DNA of 64,000 bases from Calditrichaceae bacterium (GCA_050173015.1 JBFXLE010000005.1:1-64000), one strand, 5' to 3'. Positions 30,600-40,856 are shown, numbered from the stretch's first letter. The notes: a model not told the origin generated them from the sequence alone. Made by a program: numbers and translations.

Positions 30600-33500
30600 T
30601 TAATTCTCAGTTTGCGAATAAGGAATGAATACATTATCTGTTACATTCTGATCTATGAAATACGTAAGCGGATCAATACATACGGCCCCGGGTTTACGTT
30701 CGACTATAAATGAAAGACGTGTACGCTCCTGAGTGAACAGGTGTTTTTTCAGCAGAATGAGATTCTGCTGAAATTCCGGAGCGTCCGGGTGGTCCGAAAA
30801 GATACCGATATCGATGAATTCATTCATTTTCATTGGAATGACTTCCCTGTTTTCGCCAAGTTCCGTTTTTTTGGTGTAAACCACCATCGATATCTCATAC
30901 CGTCCATCAGGGAGATTTTTATAATGAGCCGATTCAATCCGCAGATCATAGAAAACTATTTTTTTTATCCAGTCATCGATCAGCGCATGCTGGCCATCAC
31001 CTGCAACCGCGTACAGCTCCGCCAATAAATCATAGGTGGTTGCCTGCTCCCCAGGCCAGGCATTGGTCTTGAGAAGATTGCGGACAGCCGCGTTTAGTTT
31101 TTCCTCACCCAGCAACTCCTTCAGGGCATACATGACCAACGAGCCCTTGTGATAATATATGTGCGCCTGTTCGCGCCCCGCAGACTTGTACAATGGTGAT
31201 TCCCTGAGGCTGTATGCGCGTCCGGTCAGATAGGCTTTCAACTCATTACTCAAATATTGACGAAGATGATTTCTTCCAAAAGTCTTTTCAAACATCAGAA
31301 CCTCCGAATATTGGGCCAGTGTTTCAGTGAGCACCTTGCTGCCTTCGACATCCGCTGGTTCCAGCTGACCGGCCCACCATTGATGCGACAATTCGTGAGC
31401 CAGCATGTGCGCTACAAAATTAATTTTTGATGTATCGCTTACATCACCCAGAAAGCCATATTTTTCTTTAAAAAACAATAAATTGGGATAGGCGGTGGCC
31501 GCTCCCGGATAATTGGGGATTTCCGCGACAACTAATTGCCTGTATTGATAGGGCCCGAATGCTTTTTCGAATATATCGAGTGATTGCCGGGCGGCTTCCA
31601 GCAAACCATTTACATTGACACTGTGCTCCGGGTGATAATAAACTTCGAGAGCCACGTCACCAACGGTCTCCTGCTTCCACGCGAATTCTGCGGATGTACA
31701 GGCAAACATAAAAGGGACAGGTCGATCGGTTTTATAATGAAAATAATTACGGCCGTTTTCGCGCCATTGCTTTTGCAGGGTACCAATAGTGACGACGGTT
31801 TGATTGGCTTTTGTTGAGATAATCGTCTCAAAATTAATCCATTGGTACGTTTTTTGGAAGTCGCCTTCCAGATCCGCGATTGCAGATTGCTGAGACAAGC
31901 CCATCTTCCCGCGTTTGACAGGATCACTGAGTTCGAAATCCGCGTTGTACCCAAAGAAGGGAACAAATTTTTCAATCTCAATATAAGAACCGTTTTTAAC
32001 AACAGAGTTTTCATAGTTGACAGACTTGAATTCTGAATTTCGTACATCAATTAAAAACTCCAGTTCCCTATTCTCACCGGGCAGCATCGGCGTTTCCGCT
32101 CTAAATTGATAATAATGATAAGCGTCGTCATAGCTCAGCAGAATTGTATTTTTAAATGTGATCTCCGACCTGGTCACCTCAGGATGAACACCAATCAGAA
32201 AATCTGTCATAGGCTCACCGGTCCGGTTCTCAATCATATATCGGCCTTCAATCCGGTACCGGGATTCGCTGGGATACAAATCAACCCGGGTCCGCACATC
32301 TGTGATAACCGGTGTTTTCATGGATGCAAACAACTTGTATTTTTTTTCATACTCCGCACGGTGAAGCGTCTGTTGATTTTGTGTTCGGTAAACGTTCAAA
32401 ACATTGGTTTGATAAAAAACATACGCGCCGCTGCCCAGCATAATGACCAAACAAGTTATTCCCGCAATAACATGACCCGATTTCCAGTCCTTAAATAATG
32501 TTTTTAAGCGAAAGCGCAGACCGTTGTCAGTTCCGCGTGGCCATAAACGCCAGGTAGCAAGGACTAATATACCGGCCACTCCGGTCCAGAAAATCATTAA
32601 CCAGTGGAAAGAACCGGCCGGCTGACCAAATCCGCTCATGTCAGAATAGACCATATTTGGGGCCATCGCGTAACGCAACAGGGGATGTTCCGGGCCAAAT
32701 GAAGTTTTTTTCATGGTGAACAGAAACCACGCGCCTGTTAACAGCATGGCAGTATATTTATTGGGTGTGACAGACGTGATAAACAAAGCTACTATGGCAA
32801 CCAGGACCAGCGGATAAAGTCCGTAATAAAACAACGAAAGATAAATATCCATCTCGAAGCGGAAATATCCGTTCACCGCCTGAACAAAAATTCCGGTGAC
32901 AATAGCCGCAATGATAAACAGCATAACCAGAATGATCAGGGTGACAAATTTTGAGAAATAGAAGATGCTGCTCGGTAAGGGCAGCGCGTCAACAATTTCA
33001 TTTATATTTACGGTTTTATCCCTTGTGACCATCTCGGCTCCGTAAAAAATGACAATGAAAATGCCGATTTTAGTCAGCGGCGCGTGGATGATAGTTGTAA
33101 TGAAACCGGTTGTCGGATAATAAACCGTATCAAAAACACCGTGCATAATGGTTTCGGTCAACTCGATGCCCACCAGAAAAATCCACAGCAACATCAGTAA
33201 AAGCAGCGGAATGCTCTTTAGGTTAGAAATGACTTCCAGATACGTCCCGGATGCAAATGCCCGCAACTGAGCCCGGCGAGACTGAGGGTAAACCGGCATA
33301 GGGCGATAAACTGAAGGTGTTGCCGAATCTCGGGTAGAAATCCTCTCTTTTTCCACGGAACCGGTTAGCAACCGAAATGCAAAAACTTTGTAAACAAATG
33401 TAAAAATCAGCGCTGAAACAGCCACCCAGAATACGCGGTTAATCAGGAAGTTGCCCCCTACGCTTATCGGCAAACTGTTCTTTTCCGTCGGGATCCAATT

Positions 33501-34184
33501 TTTAACCATTCCCAAATATCCAACCAAACCGTAGGGATCCATCAGAACCGGCAGGAGTTTCGTTTCGCTTCCTGTCAGTGTCGCGCTGGCCATCAATGGT
33601 GAATTCCCCAAAATAGAAGCGACCATATACAGAATGTAAATCGAAACACCGCTCACATAAGTCGCCAATGTATTTCGTGATAAAATGGCGACGCCGAACA
33701 GCACCGAGCTGCTAAACAAAATATTGGGAACACCAAAAATTATCAGTGGGAGGAGGTAATTGCCGAGATGGACCGGACCCAGGCGTCCGGCTTCCGCGAA
33801 AAAACTGCCCAGATACATTCCCAGTGCGGCCAAAATCAAAATAATAAAATTCGAAAGGATCAGGCCGGTAAATATCCCGCCCAGATAATTAAACCGGGTA
33901 ACCGGTGTTGAAAAGACCATTTCTTCCATATTGTAAGTACTGTCCCGCAAGGCCAGGTTTACAACGAATAAGGTAAGCGGAAAAAGTAAAAACAGGGAGA
34001 GCAGGCTCTGGAAATAAGCGATTGCATAAGGTGAATTTACATGAACATCGATGCCGCCGAAATTAGCCCGGCTGCTCAGAATACCCAGGGCAAAAAACAA
34101 AAGCGCCGCGGCATAAAACGCAACCTGCCGGGACTGATACTTCAGGTTAAATATTAGAATCTTGAAAAACATAGTCAAATCCAT
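30600..34184 (-). CDS. ABC-2-type permease fused to an M1-family aminopeptidase domain
   Basis: Two multi-TM blocks followed by a soluble domain with HELSHQWW (HExxH), a downstream E (LTETLAQY) and YHKG. Confidence 0.88.
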   Translation of the reverse strand: MDLTMFFKILIFNLKYQSRQVAFYAAALLFFALGILSSRANFGGIDVHVNSPYAIAYFQSLLSLFLLFPLTLFVVNLALRDSTYNMEEMVFSTPVTRFNYLGGIFTGLILSNFIILILAALGMYLGSFFAEAGRLGPVHLGNYLLPLIIFGVPNILFSSSVLFGVAILSRNTLATYVSGVSIYILYMVASILGNSPLMASATLTGSETKLLPVLMDPYGLVGYLGMVKNWIPTEKNSLPISVGGNFLINRVFWVAVSALIFTFVYKVFAFRLLTGSVEKERISTRDSATPSVYRPMPVYPQSRRAQLRAFASGTYLEVISNLKSIPLLLLMLLWIFLVGIELTETIMHGVFDTVYYPTTGFITTIIHAPLTKIGIFIVIFYGAEMVTRDKTVNINEIVDALPLPSSIFYFSKFVTLIILVMLFIIAAIVTGIFVQAVNGYFRFEMDIYLSLFYYGLYPLVLVAIVALFITSVTPNKYTAMLLTGAWFLFTMKKTSFGPEHPLLRYAMAPNMVYSDMSGFGQPAGSFHWLMIFWTGVAGILVLATWRLWPRGTDNGLRFRLKTLFKDWKSGHVIAGITCLVIMLGSGAYVFYQTNVLNVYRTQNQQTLHRAEYEKKYKLFASMKTPVITDVRTRVDLYPSESRYRIEGRYMIENRTGEPMTDFLIGVHPEVTRSEITFKNTILLSYDDAYHYYQFRAETPMLPGENRELEFLIDVRNSEFKSVNYENSVVKNGSYIEIEKFVPFFGYNADFELSDPVKRGKMGLSQQSAIADLEGDFQKTYQWINFETIISTKANQTVVTIGTLQKQWRENGRNYFHYKTDRPVPFMFACTSAEFAWKQETVGDVALEVYYHPEHSVNVNGLLEAARQSLDIFEKAFGPYQYRQLVVAEIPNYPGAATAYPNLLFFKEKYGFLGDVSDTSKINFVAHMLAHELSHQWWAGQLEPADVEGSKVLTETLAQYSEVLMFEKTFGRNHLRQYLSNELKAYLTGRAYSLRESPLYKSAGREQAHIYYHKGSLVMYALKELLGEEKLNAAVRNLLKTNAWPGEQATTYDLLAELYAVAGDGQHALIDDWIKKIVFYDLRIESAHYKNLPDGRYEISMVVYTKKTELGENREVIPMKMNEFIDIGIFSDHPDAPEFQQNLILLKKHLFTQERTRLSFIVERKPGAVCIDPLTYFIDQNVTDNVFIPYSQTEN

Positions 34185-34205
34185 ATCATGGCCGTCTCCG
34201 GTCCG

Positions 34206-35084
34206 TTAATTGCCCGAACGATGGTTTAGCAGAGACGCAAAATATACATCTTCCAGATTGGGCTCTCTTAACTCAAAATCCTTTTCCGGTTTGCGGTCCG
34301 ATAAAACATGGATACGCAATTTGCCCGCGGTTAAATGACCGGAGATCACGGTGAAGCGTTCACGGTACTTTTGCAATTCACCTTTGGAAATGGTCTTTTG
34401 CCATACACGTCCGCGGATATTGTCGATGAGACGGACGGGTTCACCGCTCAAACGGATTTCGCCATCGGTCAGAATGGCCATATTCGGACACAGGTTGCTG
34501 ACATCCGCTACAATATGGGTGGAGAGCAACACAATGATATTTTCACCGATTTCACTTAAAAGGTTATGAAAACGATTTCGTTCTTCCGGATCAAGGCCGG
34601 CGGTGGGCTCATCTACGATGATCAATTTGGGATCGCCCAGCAGAGCCTGAGCAATGCCAAAACGTTTTTTCATCCCTCCTGAAAAGTTATGCACCGATTT
34701 TTTCCTGTATTCGAACAAGTTGGTCTGATGAAGCAAGGCGTTGACCTGTTCTTCGCGCCTTTTAGAATCAATAAGTCCTTTTAAAATCCCAAAATGATCC
34801 AGCAAATCATAGGCGGAGATTCGGGGATATACACCAAATTCCTGTGGCAGATACCCCAGTTGGTTTCTGAACATTTGTGGATTTTTAAAAGCGTCATCGT
34901 CATTAAACACAATGTGCCCGCTATCCGCCGGCTGCAAAGTGGCAATAGTGCGCATTAAAGTGGATTTGCCGGCCCCGTTCGGTCCCAACAGACCAAACAT
35001 ACCGGCATCGATGGTCAGATTGATATTTCGCAATGCCCTGACACCATTGCTATAGGTCTTAGATAAATTGGAGATGGATAACAA
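34206..35084 (-). CDS. ABC transporter ATP-binding protein
   Basis: GPNGAGKST, FSGGM, IVDEPTAGLD, STH; TTG start with a GAGGAGG RBS. Confidence 0.95.
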   Translation of the reverse strand: MLSISNLSKTYSNGVRALRNINLTIDAGMFGLLGPNGAGKSTLMRTIATLQPADSGHIVFNDDDAFKNPQMFRNQLGYLPQEFGVYPRISAYDLLDHFGILKGLIDSKRREEQVNALLHQTNLFEYRKKSVHNFSGGMKKRFGIAQALLGDPKLIIVDEPTAGLDPEERNRFHNLLSEIGENIIVLLSTHIVADVSNLCPNMAILTDGEIRLSGEPVRLIDNIRGRVWQKTISKGELQKYRERFTVISGHLTAGKLRIHVLSDRKPEKDFELREPNLEDVYFASLLNHRSGN

Positions 35085-35145
35085 TAATGCCTCCTCATCC
35101 GTTTATCGGATTTTCAGAATCAACGCAAAGATTAAAAAGTATAGT

Positions 35146-35171
35146 GACGCAGTAATGGCGAGATTGTTTCA
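35146..35171 (-). promoter_or_regulatory. ECF-sigma-type promoter TGAAAC-N16-CGTC
   Basis: Minus strand TGAAAC AATCTCGCCATTACTG CGTC, about 60 nt upstream of the ABC ATPase. Confidence 0.5.
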
Positions 35172-35434
35172 GTCAGGAGATGGCACCCGAAATATCCGGA
35201 TATACAGTCACTAAAATTGCGGTAGCCAATGTTTTACTTCATGATGATTGAATTTTATTTTTTGCGGTTTTTTTGGTGAAAATATCATAGGTGATGGCTG
35301 GTTGCCGGCGGCAAAAGCATGAGGGATGATGACTACTATCAAACACCCCCGACCGTAAACGCCGGGATCTTTGTACTGATATTTTGCAGTATTTTGATAA
35401 TATTGCCGATGTTTTTATAAAAGGCCTTTTATTT

Positions 35435-35540
35435 GGGCTAAAGCCCAGATTAATTGTAATTTATTGCTTTTATCCCACTATCTAAAGATAGTGGCAATAA
35501 TTTTAAATATTACACATAGCCACGTGCTTTAGCTCGTGGA
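35435..35540. repeat. REP-like hairpins, family B
   Basis: gggc-taaa-gccc, ccactatc-taaa-gatagtgg, ccacgtgc-ttta-gctcgtgg. Confidence 0.8.
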
Positions 35541-35562
35541 CAACTAAACCCTATCACAAATC

Positions 35563-35713
35563 CGGGATTTCAATTTATTCGTCAATTCCAATCCCGGAGG
35601 GATAACATTTTTTTAGAAAAACAGACCCCCACGCCAATCCGCGACCCCGTAGGGGGTCGTACAATTAACACTAAATTTCCATTTCTACAAAGATATGACA
35701 CCTCCGGCGCCGG
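35563..35713 (+). repeat. REP/REPIN-like element family A
   Basis: Matches 29548-29690 and 27601-27724. Confidence 0.8.
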
Positions 35714-35773
35714 GCTGTCCAAATTAAATCGAATATTATTACATAACATTCAATCCTATCAACCTGAATTTTT

Positions 35774-36092
35774 CCCCTTCCTATCATCTGTTAACCCGCC
35801 CTTTCGCTAATTGACCCCTCCCCATCATTTTTTGACCCGCCCTTTCACTAATCGACCCCTTCCCATCATTTTTTGACCCGCCCTTTCACTAATTGACCCC
35901 TTCCTATCATTTTTTGACCCTCCCTTTCACTAATCGACCCCTTCCTATCACTTTTTGAGCCGCCCTTTCACTAATTGACCCCTTCCTATCACTTTTTGAG
36001 CCGCCCTTTCACTAATTGACCCCTTCCTATCACTTTTTGACCCGTCCTTTCACTAATCGACCCCTTCCTATCACTTTTTGACCCGCCCTATC
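35774..36092 (+). repeat. 41-bp tandem repeat, about 7.5 copies
   Basis: Unit gacccgccctttcactaattgaccccttcctatcacttttt; unit starts at 35793, 35834, 35875, 35916, 35957, 35998, 36039, 36080. Confidence 0.95.
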
Positions 36093-36162
36093 AGGCTTTT
36101 GGACACCCAATCCATATCAATGTGCATTTTGTTTGTTTACGCGCGACGACCATTCCATTGAC

Positions 36163-36420
36163 TCACAGATTTACTTCCATACCTGTTAGCATTTCAAGCA
36201 TATCTTTCACGGATGGCGCGCTTAATATGCATTTTAAAGCGAACTCATCCGCGCGCGGATAATTGGACTTGCTAATTTGATTTGCGGCTTGTATTAAATC
36301 ATAATCTGTATGTTTGAAATTAACGCCGCTGTCCACCAGGCTGTTGGCAACTTCCTGTGGCTGCTGATGATATTCACCCGGATAATTTTCGCTTAGTCCC
36401 AATAAAATATTAGAGCAATC
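36163..36420 (-). pseudogene. Probable 3' gene fragment
   Basis: Protein-like frame (DCSNILLGLSENYPGEY...) open up to the neighbouring gene's stop, with no ATG or RBS at its 5' end. Confidence 0.45.
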
Positions 36421-36421
36421 A

Positions 36422-36949
36422 TCAATCCAAAGTATCTAAAAAATACCCCGTGAAAACGAGTACATTAAATCCGATAAAATTTGTCAGAAAACGGGCATCG
36501 GTATTATGATCTCTGCCATACCAAAAATTATACAGGGATTTTGCCATAAAACCGGCCGAGATTATATAATAACCGGTTCTTTTTACGCCCGGTTTTTGTA
36601 ACGATGCATTGGGCAGCCCGGCAAATCCCATAAAAAGATCGAATCCGCCTGTGATTAAATGTCCATCGCCATTTTTGCGGCTGGCCAGATAACTCATACC
36701 CGTAAAAACCGTTTCCATTGCCAGGATATACCCTATTTCCTTCCAAACCGGAGTTCGTGTGTTTGAGTCGTTTGTCGAATCAAAACTTGTAAGATCGTTT
36801 GAAGCATAAAAACTGGGGTGGGTTTTGTTAAAAGTAATCCGCTCTCTATTACTTTTCGTGGGACTATACGAAGTGAAATTATCAAAACTTTGAGCCGGTA
36901 ATTGGTCCGTGCCCAACCATATCAAAGCGAGCATAAGTATTTTATTCAT
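36422..36949 (-). CDS. Hypothetical exported/membrane protein
   Basis: AGGAG RBS before MNKILMLALIWLG signal peptide; C-terminal hydrophobic segments. Confidence 0.65.
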   Translation of the reverse strand: MNKILMLALIWLGTDQLPAQSFDNFTSYSPTKSNRERITFNKTHPSFYASNDLTSFDSTNDSNTRTPVWKEIGYILAMETVFTGMSYLASRKNGDGHLITGGFDLFMGFAGLPNASLQKPGVKRTGYYIISAGFMAKSLYNFWYGRDHNTDARFLTNFIGFNVLVFTGYFLDTLD

Positions 36950-37263
36950 TATGAAATGCTCCTGTTCTCGTGTCCGTGGGCGACAAGAACATGTATCACC
37001 GCCCATATAACCATAAAACAGTTTTCGCATAATTCCCCCCATAGGAATGCTATTGAGAATTGACTTCGAATGGCTATAAATCGCATTAAACCCATATCTC
37101 TCTCTATGCCTGTCTAACGAATGCCTCCCGAACTATTATTTCAGGGGATTGGAATATATTTTTTCAGCTCGCCCTTCATAGCTTAAATATATATTCCGGA
37201 TTTTTGAAGGCATCATTTATGTTATTATAGACTGAGCAAAAAAAAAAAATTCCGGGGGACTTT

Positions 37264-38157
37264 ATGAGAATCAGCCTGTTTATACTCCTTATGCTTTTGC
37301 CGCCAATCATCGATTGTCACGCTCAGGCGCCGGAATCTTCCATGATCATCTCCGCAGAAACACTGCTCCTCAAATCCGGCGACCCCTCTCTTGTGATTTT
37401 TCATGTGGGTAAAAAAGAAGGATACATATCCGGTCACATACCCGGGGCTCAATACATTTCCCTTGAGGATATCTCCGATCCAAATTCGGAGGAACTGAGG
37501 CTGCAGCTGCCCCCCGTGGCGCGTCTTGATTCCGTGTTCGAACAGTTCGGCGTCTCGGATTCTTCACATGTGATTATCTATTTTGGAAAGGATTGGGTGA
37601 CACCGGCCGCGCGAGTGTATTTTACGCTCGATTATCTCGGATTCGGAGGAAGAACATCCATACTTAACGGAGGAATGCCCGCCTGGGAAAAAGCCGGCGG
37701 AGAAATCACCACGGAAATCATTTCCCCCATAAAAGGTGAATTTACACCTCATCCGAAAACCAGTCTTTTGACTAACGCCGAATGGATCTTTGAAAATCTG
37801 GATAATAAAAACATGACAATTATAGACGCGAGAGACCGGAAATTTTATGACGGCGACGACAGCAACGGCTGGATCGAGCGTCCCGGACATATCCCCGGAG
37901 CGGTGAGTATTCCTTTTACTTCCATTGTTGACGATTCGATGATGTTTAAAGAGAAAACTCAAATAACGCGGATTTTTACCGATGCCGGCGTGCGGCCGGG
38001 ATCGCGGTTGGTCACCTACTGCCATATCGGGCAACAGGCAAGCCTGCTGTATTTCGCGGCCCGGCTAAACGGATTAACGGCTCAGCTGTATGACGGTTCT
38101 TATGAAGACTGGAGCAGTCGCGGGAATCTGCCTGTTACCAATTTGAAGCATAAATAA
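37264..38157 (+). CDS. Exported tandem-domain rhodanese/sulfurtransferase (SseA-like)
   Basis: Signal peptide, GHIPGA twice, IIDAR, YCHIG active-site loop, YDGSYEDW. Confidence 0.92.
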   Translation: MRISLFILLMLLPPIIDCHAQAPESSMIISAETLLLKSGDPSLVIFHVGKKEGYISGHIPGAQYISLEDISDPNSEELRLQLPPVARLDSVFEQFGVSDSSHVIIYFGKDWVTPAARVYFTLDYLGFGGRTSILNGGMPAWEKAGGEITTEIISPIKGEFTPHPKTSLLTNAEWIFENLDNKNMTIIDARDRKFYDGDDSNGWIERPGHIPGAVSIPFTSIVDDSMMFKEKTQITRIFTDAGVRPGSRLVTYCHIGQQASLLYFAARLNGLTAQLYDGSYEDWSSRGNLPVTNLKHK

Positions 38158-38396
38158 GTACTGTTTTGGGGAGAATTCGTATGCTCTTTTTAAATGGATA
38201 AATGTCTTCCTTTTTGAATTTGATATCACCACTGAAAAAAGGGAGTCGGTCCCCCGGAAAAGGACCTGTTTGTTTTGAAGGATGTTTCGCCAATTAATTA
38301 ATATATTGACATTATTCCGGAGATACGGGATATTATTTACACCCGCGTTTAATTCTCTGATAAAATCCTGATGTAGAAATCGAAAGGAGTACGCCC

Positions 38397-39812
38397 ATGT
38401 CAGAAACCATTAATTTTTTTGAACAGGTTAATCAGCATTTTGACCGCGCCGCGGGATTTACGGGACACCCGCCGGGCTTACTCAAACAGATCAGGATTTG
38501 CAACAGCGTTTACCATTTTACTTTTCCCTTAAAAAGAGACGATGGCTCCATCGAAACACTTGACGCGTGGAGAGCCGAACACAGTCATCATAAACTGCCC
38601 GTAAAAGGCGGGATTCGTTTCGCTGAAAATGTGTCGGAAAACGAAGTAATGGCCCTGGCCGCGTTGATGACTTATAAATGCGCCGTGGTCGATGTGCCCT
38701 TCGGGGGCGCGAAGGGTGGTATCAGAATTAACAAAGCGGATTACAGCGTAAGTGAGTTGGAACGGGTTACCCGGAGATATACCTTTGAACTTTATAAAAA
38801 GAATTTTATCGGTCCGGGAATTGATGTACCCGCTCCGGATTACGGAACCGGACCACGAGAGATGGCCTGGATCCTTGACACCTACCGGTCACTGGCGGAG
38901 GATCAACTGGACGCCATCGCCTGTGTTACCGCTAAACCTGTCGCCCAGGGTGGTGTCAGAGGCCGTACCGAAGCCACGGGTCTTGGGGTCTATTATGGAG
39001 TCCGTGAGGCTTGCCGCATCAATGAAGACATGAAAAAACTAAGCCTTTCACCCGGTCTTGAAGGAAAAAGAGTTGTTGTTCAGGGTCTCGGGAACGTCGG
39101 TTACCACGCGGCAAAGTTTATCCAGGAAGGCGGCGGGATCATCATCGGCCTGGCTGAGTTCGAAGGCGCCATACATAATTCCAAAGGCATCAATGTCGAT
39201 GAGGTTATGATTCATCGTAAGGAAACGGGCTCCATATTGGATTTTCCTCACGCGAAAAATCTAAAAAAATCCGCCGATGCCCTGGAACTGGATTGTGATA
39301 TCCTTGTCCCTGCCGCCCTCGAAAATCAGATTACTATGGAGAATGTAAAAAAGATTAAGGCAAAGATAATCGCCGAAGCCGCCAATGGACCGGTCACCGC
39401 CGACGCGAGTGAACTGCTTTCCAAAAACGGCGTACAGATCCTGCCCGATTTATATCTTAATGCCGGCGGCGTCACCGTATCCTATTTTGAATGGCTCAAA
39501 AACCTGTCGCATGTCCGGTTCGGCAGAATGAGCAGACGTTTTGAAGAGGATATCAATTCCAAAATTCTCAAATCCGTCGAAGATCTGACGGGTAAAAAAT
39601 TTGCCAACAAAGTGTTTGATCAGATCGCCCGCGGCGCCGACGAAAAGGAGCTTGTCTATTCCGGTCTTGAAGAAACCATGATCACCGCTTACCGGGATAT
39701 ACGAGCAATTCAGGCGGAACATCATGATCAGATAGATCTGCGTACCTCAGCCTTTATCGACGCCTTGAACAAAGTGGCGGTTTCTTATTTTGAATTGGGA
39801 ATTTTTCCCTGA
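38397..39812 (+). CDS. gdhA: Glu/Leu/Phe/Val dehydrogenase, glutamate dehydrogenase type
   Basis: KGGIR, PFGGAKGG, DVPAPD, ATGLG, VQGLGNVG, EAANGP, NAGGVTVSYFEW. Confidence 0.93.
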   Translation: MSETINFFEQVNQHFDRAAGFTGHPPGLLKQIRICNSVYHFTFPLKRDDGSIETLDAWRAEHSHHKLPVKGGIRFAENVSENEVMALAALMTYKCAVVDVPFGGAKGGIRINKADYSVSELERVTRRYTFELYKKNFIGPGIDVPAPDYGTGPREMAWILDTYRSLAEDQLDAIACVTAKPVAQGGVRGRTEATGLGVYYGVREACRINEDMKKLSLSPGLEGKRVVVQGLGNVGYHAAKFIQEGGGIIIGLAEFEGAIHNSKGINVDEVMIHRKETGSILDFPHAKNLKKSADALELDCDILVPAALENQITMENVKKIKAKIIAEAANGPVTADASELLSKNGVQILPDLYLNAGGVTVSYFEWLKNLSHVRFGRMSRRFEEDINSKILKSVEDLTGKKFANKVFDQIARGADEKELVYSGLEETMITAYRDIRAIQAEHHDQIDLRTSAFIDALNKVAVSYFELGIFP

Positions 39813-39843
39813 TCATTTAATAAAACATGGGAGGATGGTGTCT

Positions 39844-40758
39844 ATGAAACGTTCTTTGAGTTTACTTGTTACCCTTTTAATGGTTGGGTTGGGTTATTCC
39901 GGATTATTCGCGCAAAATTATGTTATTAAGGAGCGGAACATTAGTTTTCAACAGGATGAACTAATGACCCTCCTCGGGGATAATTTTAATGGAAATCCCG
40001 AAGGGGAGGCTATGGCGAGGCTATTAATAAAAATGCCCTTAAGTGAGATGCTTCTAAAATTGAAAAATGAGTATCAACTTCCGGAAATGAGAGAAACAAC
40101 CATTTATGTCGCCGGTAAAAATCTACGGGTTGATGAAGAAGAAGAGGGCGCAAAAACTTCTCAATTTATTCTCGGGGATAAAGAGGCGGTATATCATGTC
40201 ATGTGGGATAAAAAACAATATATAGAAATGACCTACGAGGACATGAAGAAAATACAAAAACAGGCTTCCGCCATGGCAGAAGGGATGATGAAAAACATGC
40301 CCCCTGAAATTCAGGCGCAAATTGAAGCTCAGATGGGACAGGCTAAAAAGGAAAAAAAGGAGAGCAAGATAACCAAAACCGGAAATAAGCAGACCATTAA
40401 TGGGTTCCCCTGCGATGAATACCTTGTAGAAAACGCCTCGGAATTACGACAATTTTGGGTCACCGGTAAATTTCCCGAGCTGCGTAAATCAATGGAAAAT
40501 ATGTTCGAGTTGCTTTCCGGTTTCGGCCCTCCTGAAGCGGGCGATGATGACATGGAAATCTGGGAGAAAATACCCGGTTCCTGGCCGGTTTTAACAAAGG
40601 ATGTTAATTATAACAATATGTACATGAGTATTTCAATGGATGTGGATGAGACCATTTCCGTTGAGTCCAAAAACATATCCGCGGATATGTTCATAGTACC
40701 CGCGAATTTTAAAAAAGTGACCATGATGGAAATGATGCAGGGCGGTATGGATTATTAA
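39844..40758 (+). CDS. Exported protein, DUF4412-like
   Basis: Signal peptide, KTGNKQTINGFPCDEY, FIVPANFKK. Confidence 0.7.
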   Translation: MKRSLSLLVTLLMVGLGYSGLFAQNYVIKERNISFQQDELMTLLGDNFNGNPEGEAMARLLIKMPLSEMLLKLKNEYQLPEMRETTIYVAGKNLRVDEEEEGAKTSQFILGDKEAVYHVMWDKKQYIEMTYEDMKKIQKQASAMAEGMMKNMPPEIQAQIEAQMGQAKKEKKESKITKTGNKQTINGFPCDEYLVENASELRQFWVTGKFPELRKSMENMFELLSGFGPPEAGDDDMEIWEKIPGSWPVLTKDVNYNNMYMSISMDVDETISVESKNISADMFIVPANFKKVTMMEMMQGGMDY

Positions 40759-40789
40759 TTTCTTCTACCATCATGATTTTATCCTATGG

Positions 40790-40830
40790 ATCCGCTGATC
40801 AGAATGGTTTTGCCTTCAGCGGATTTTTTT
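40790..40830 (+). terminator. Intrinsic terminator
   Basis: atccgctga...tcagcggat hairpin followed by a T-run. Confidence 0.7.
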
Positions 40831-40856
40831 ATTCATTAACCGGAGTTATTAATTTC

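Noticed and set aside
35774-36092. CRISPR array or coding repeat
   Set aside because: Units are contiguous with no unique spacers, no cas genes are present, and the 41-bp period breaks any reading frame.
37112-37118. GTTAGAC core (minus strand) upstream of the 36422-36949 gene as a fourth attC
   Set aside because: No matching inverse core or L-box palindrome found; a lone 7-mer is expected by chance.
38306-38336. Sigma70 promoter for gdhA (TTGACA...TATTAT)
   Set aside because: Spacing to the best -10 is 19 nt; not convincing without TSS data.
40773-40856. N-terminal extension of the epimerase ORF
   Set aside because: Overlaps a terminator hairpin; the Rossmann motif begins right after the ATG at 40857.
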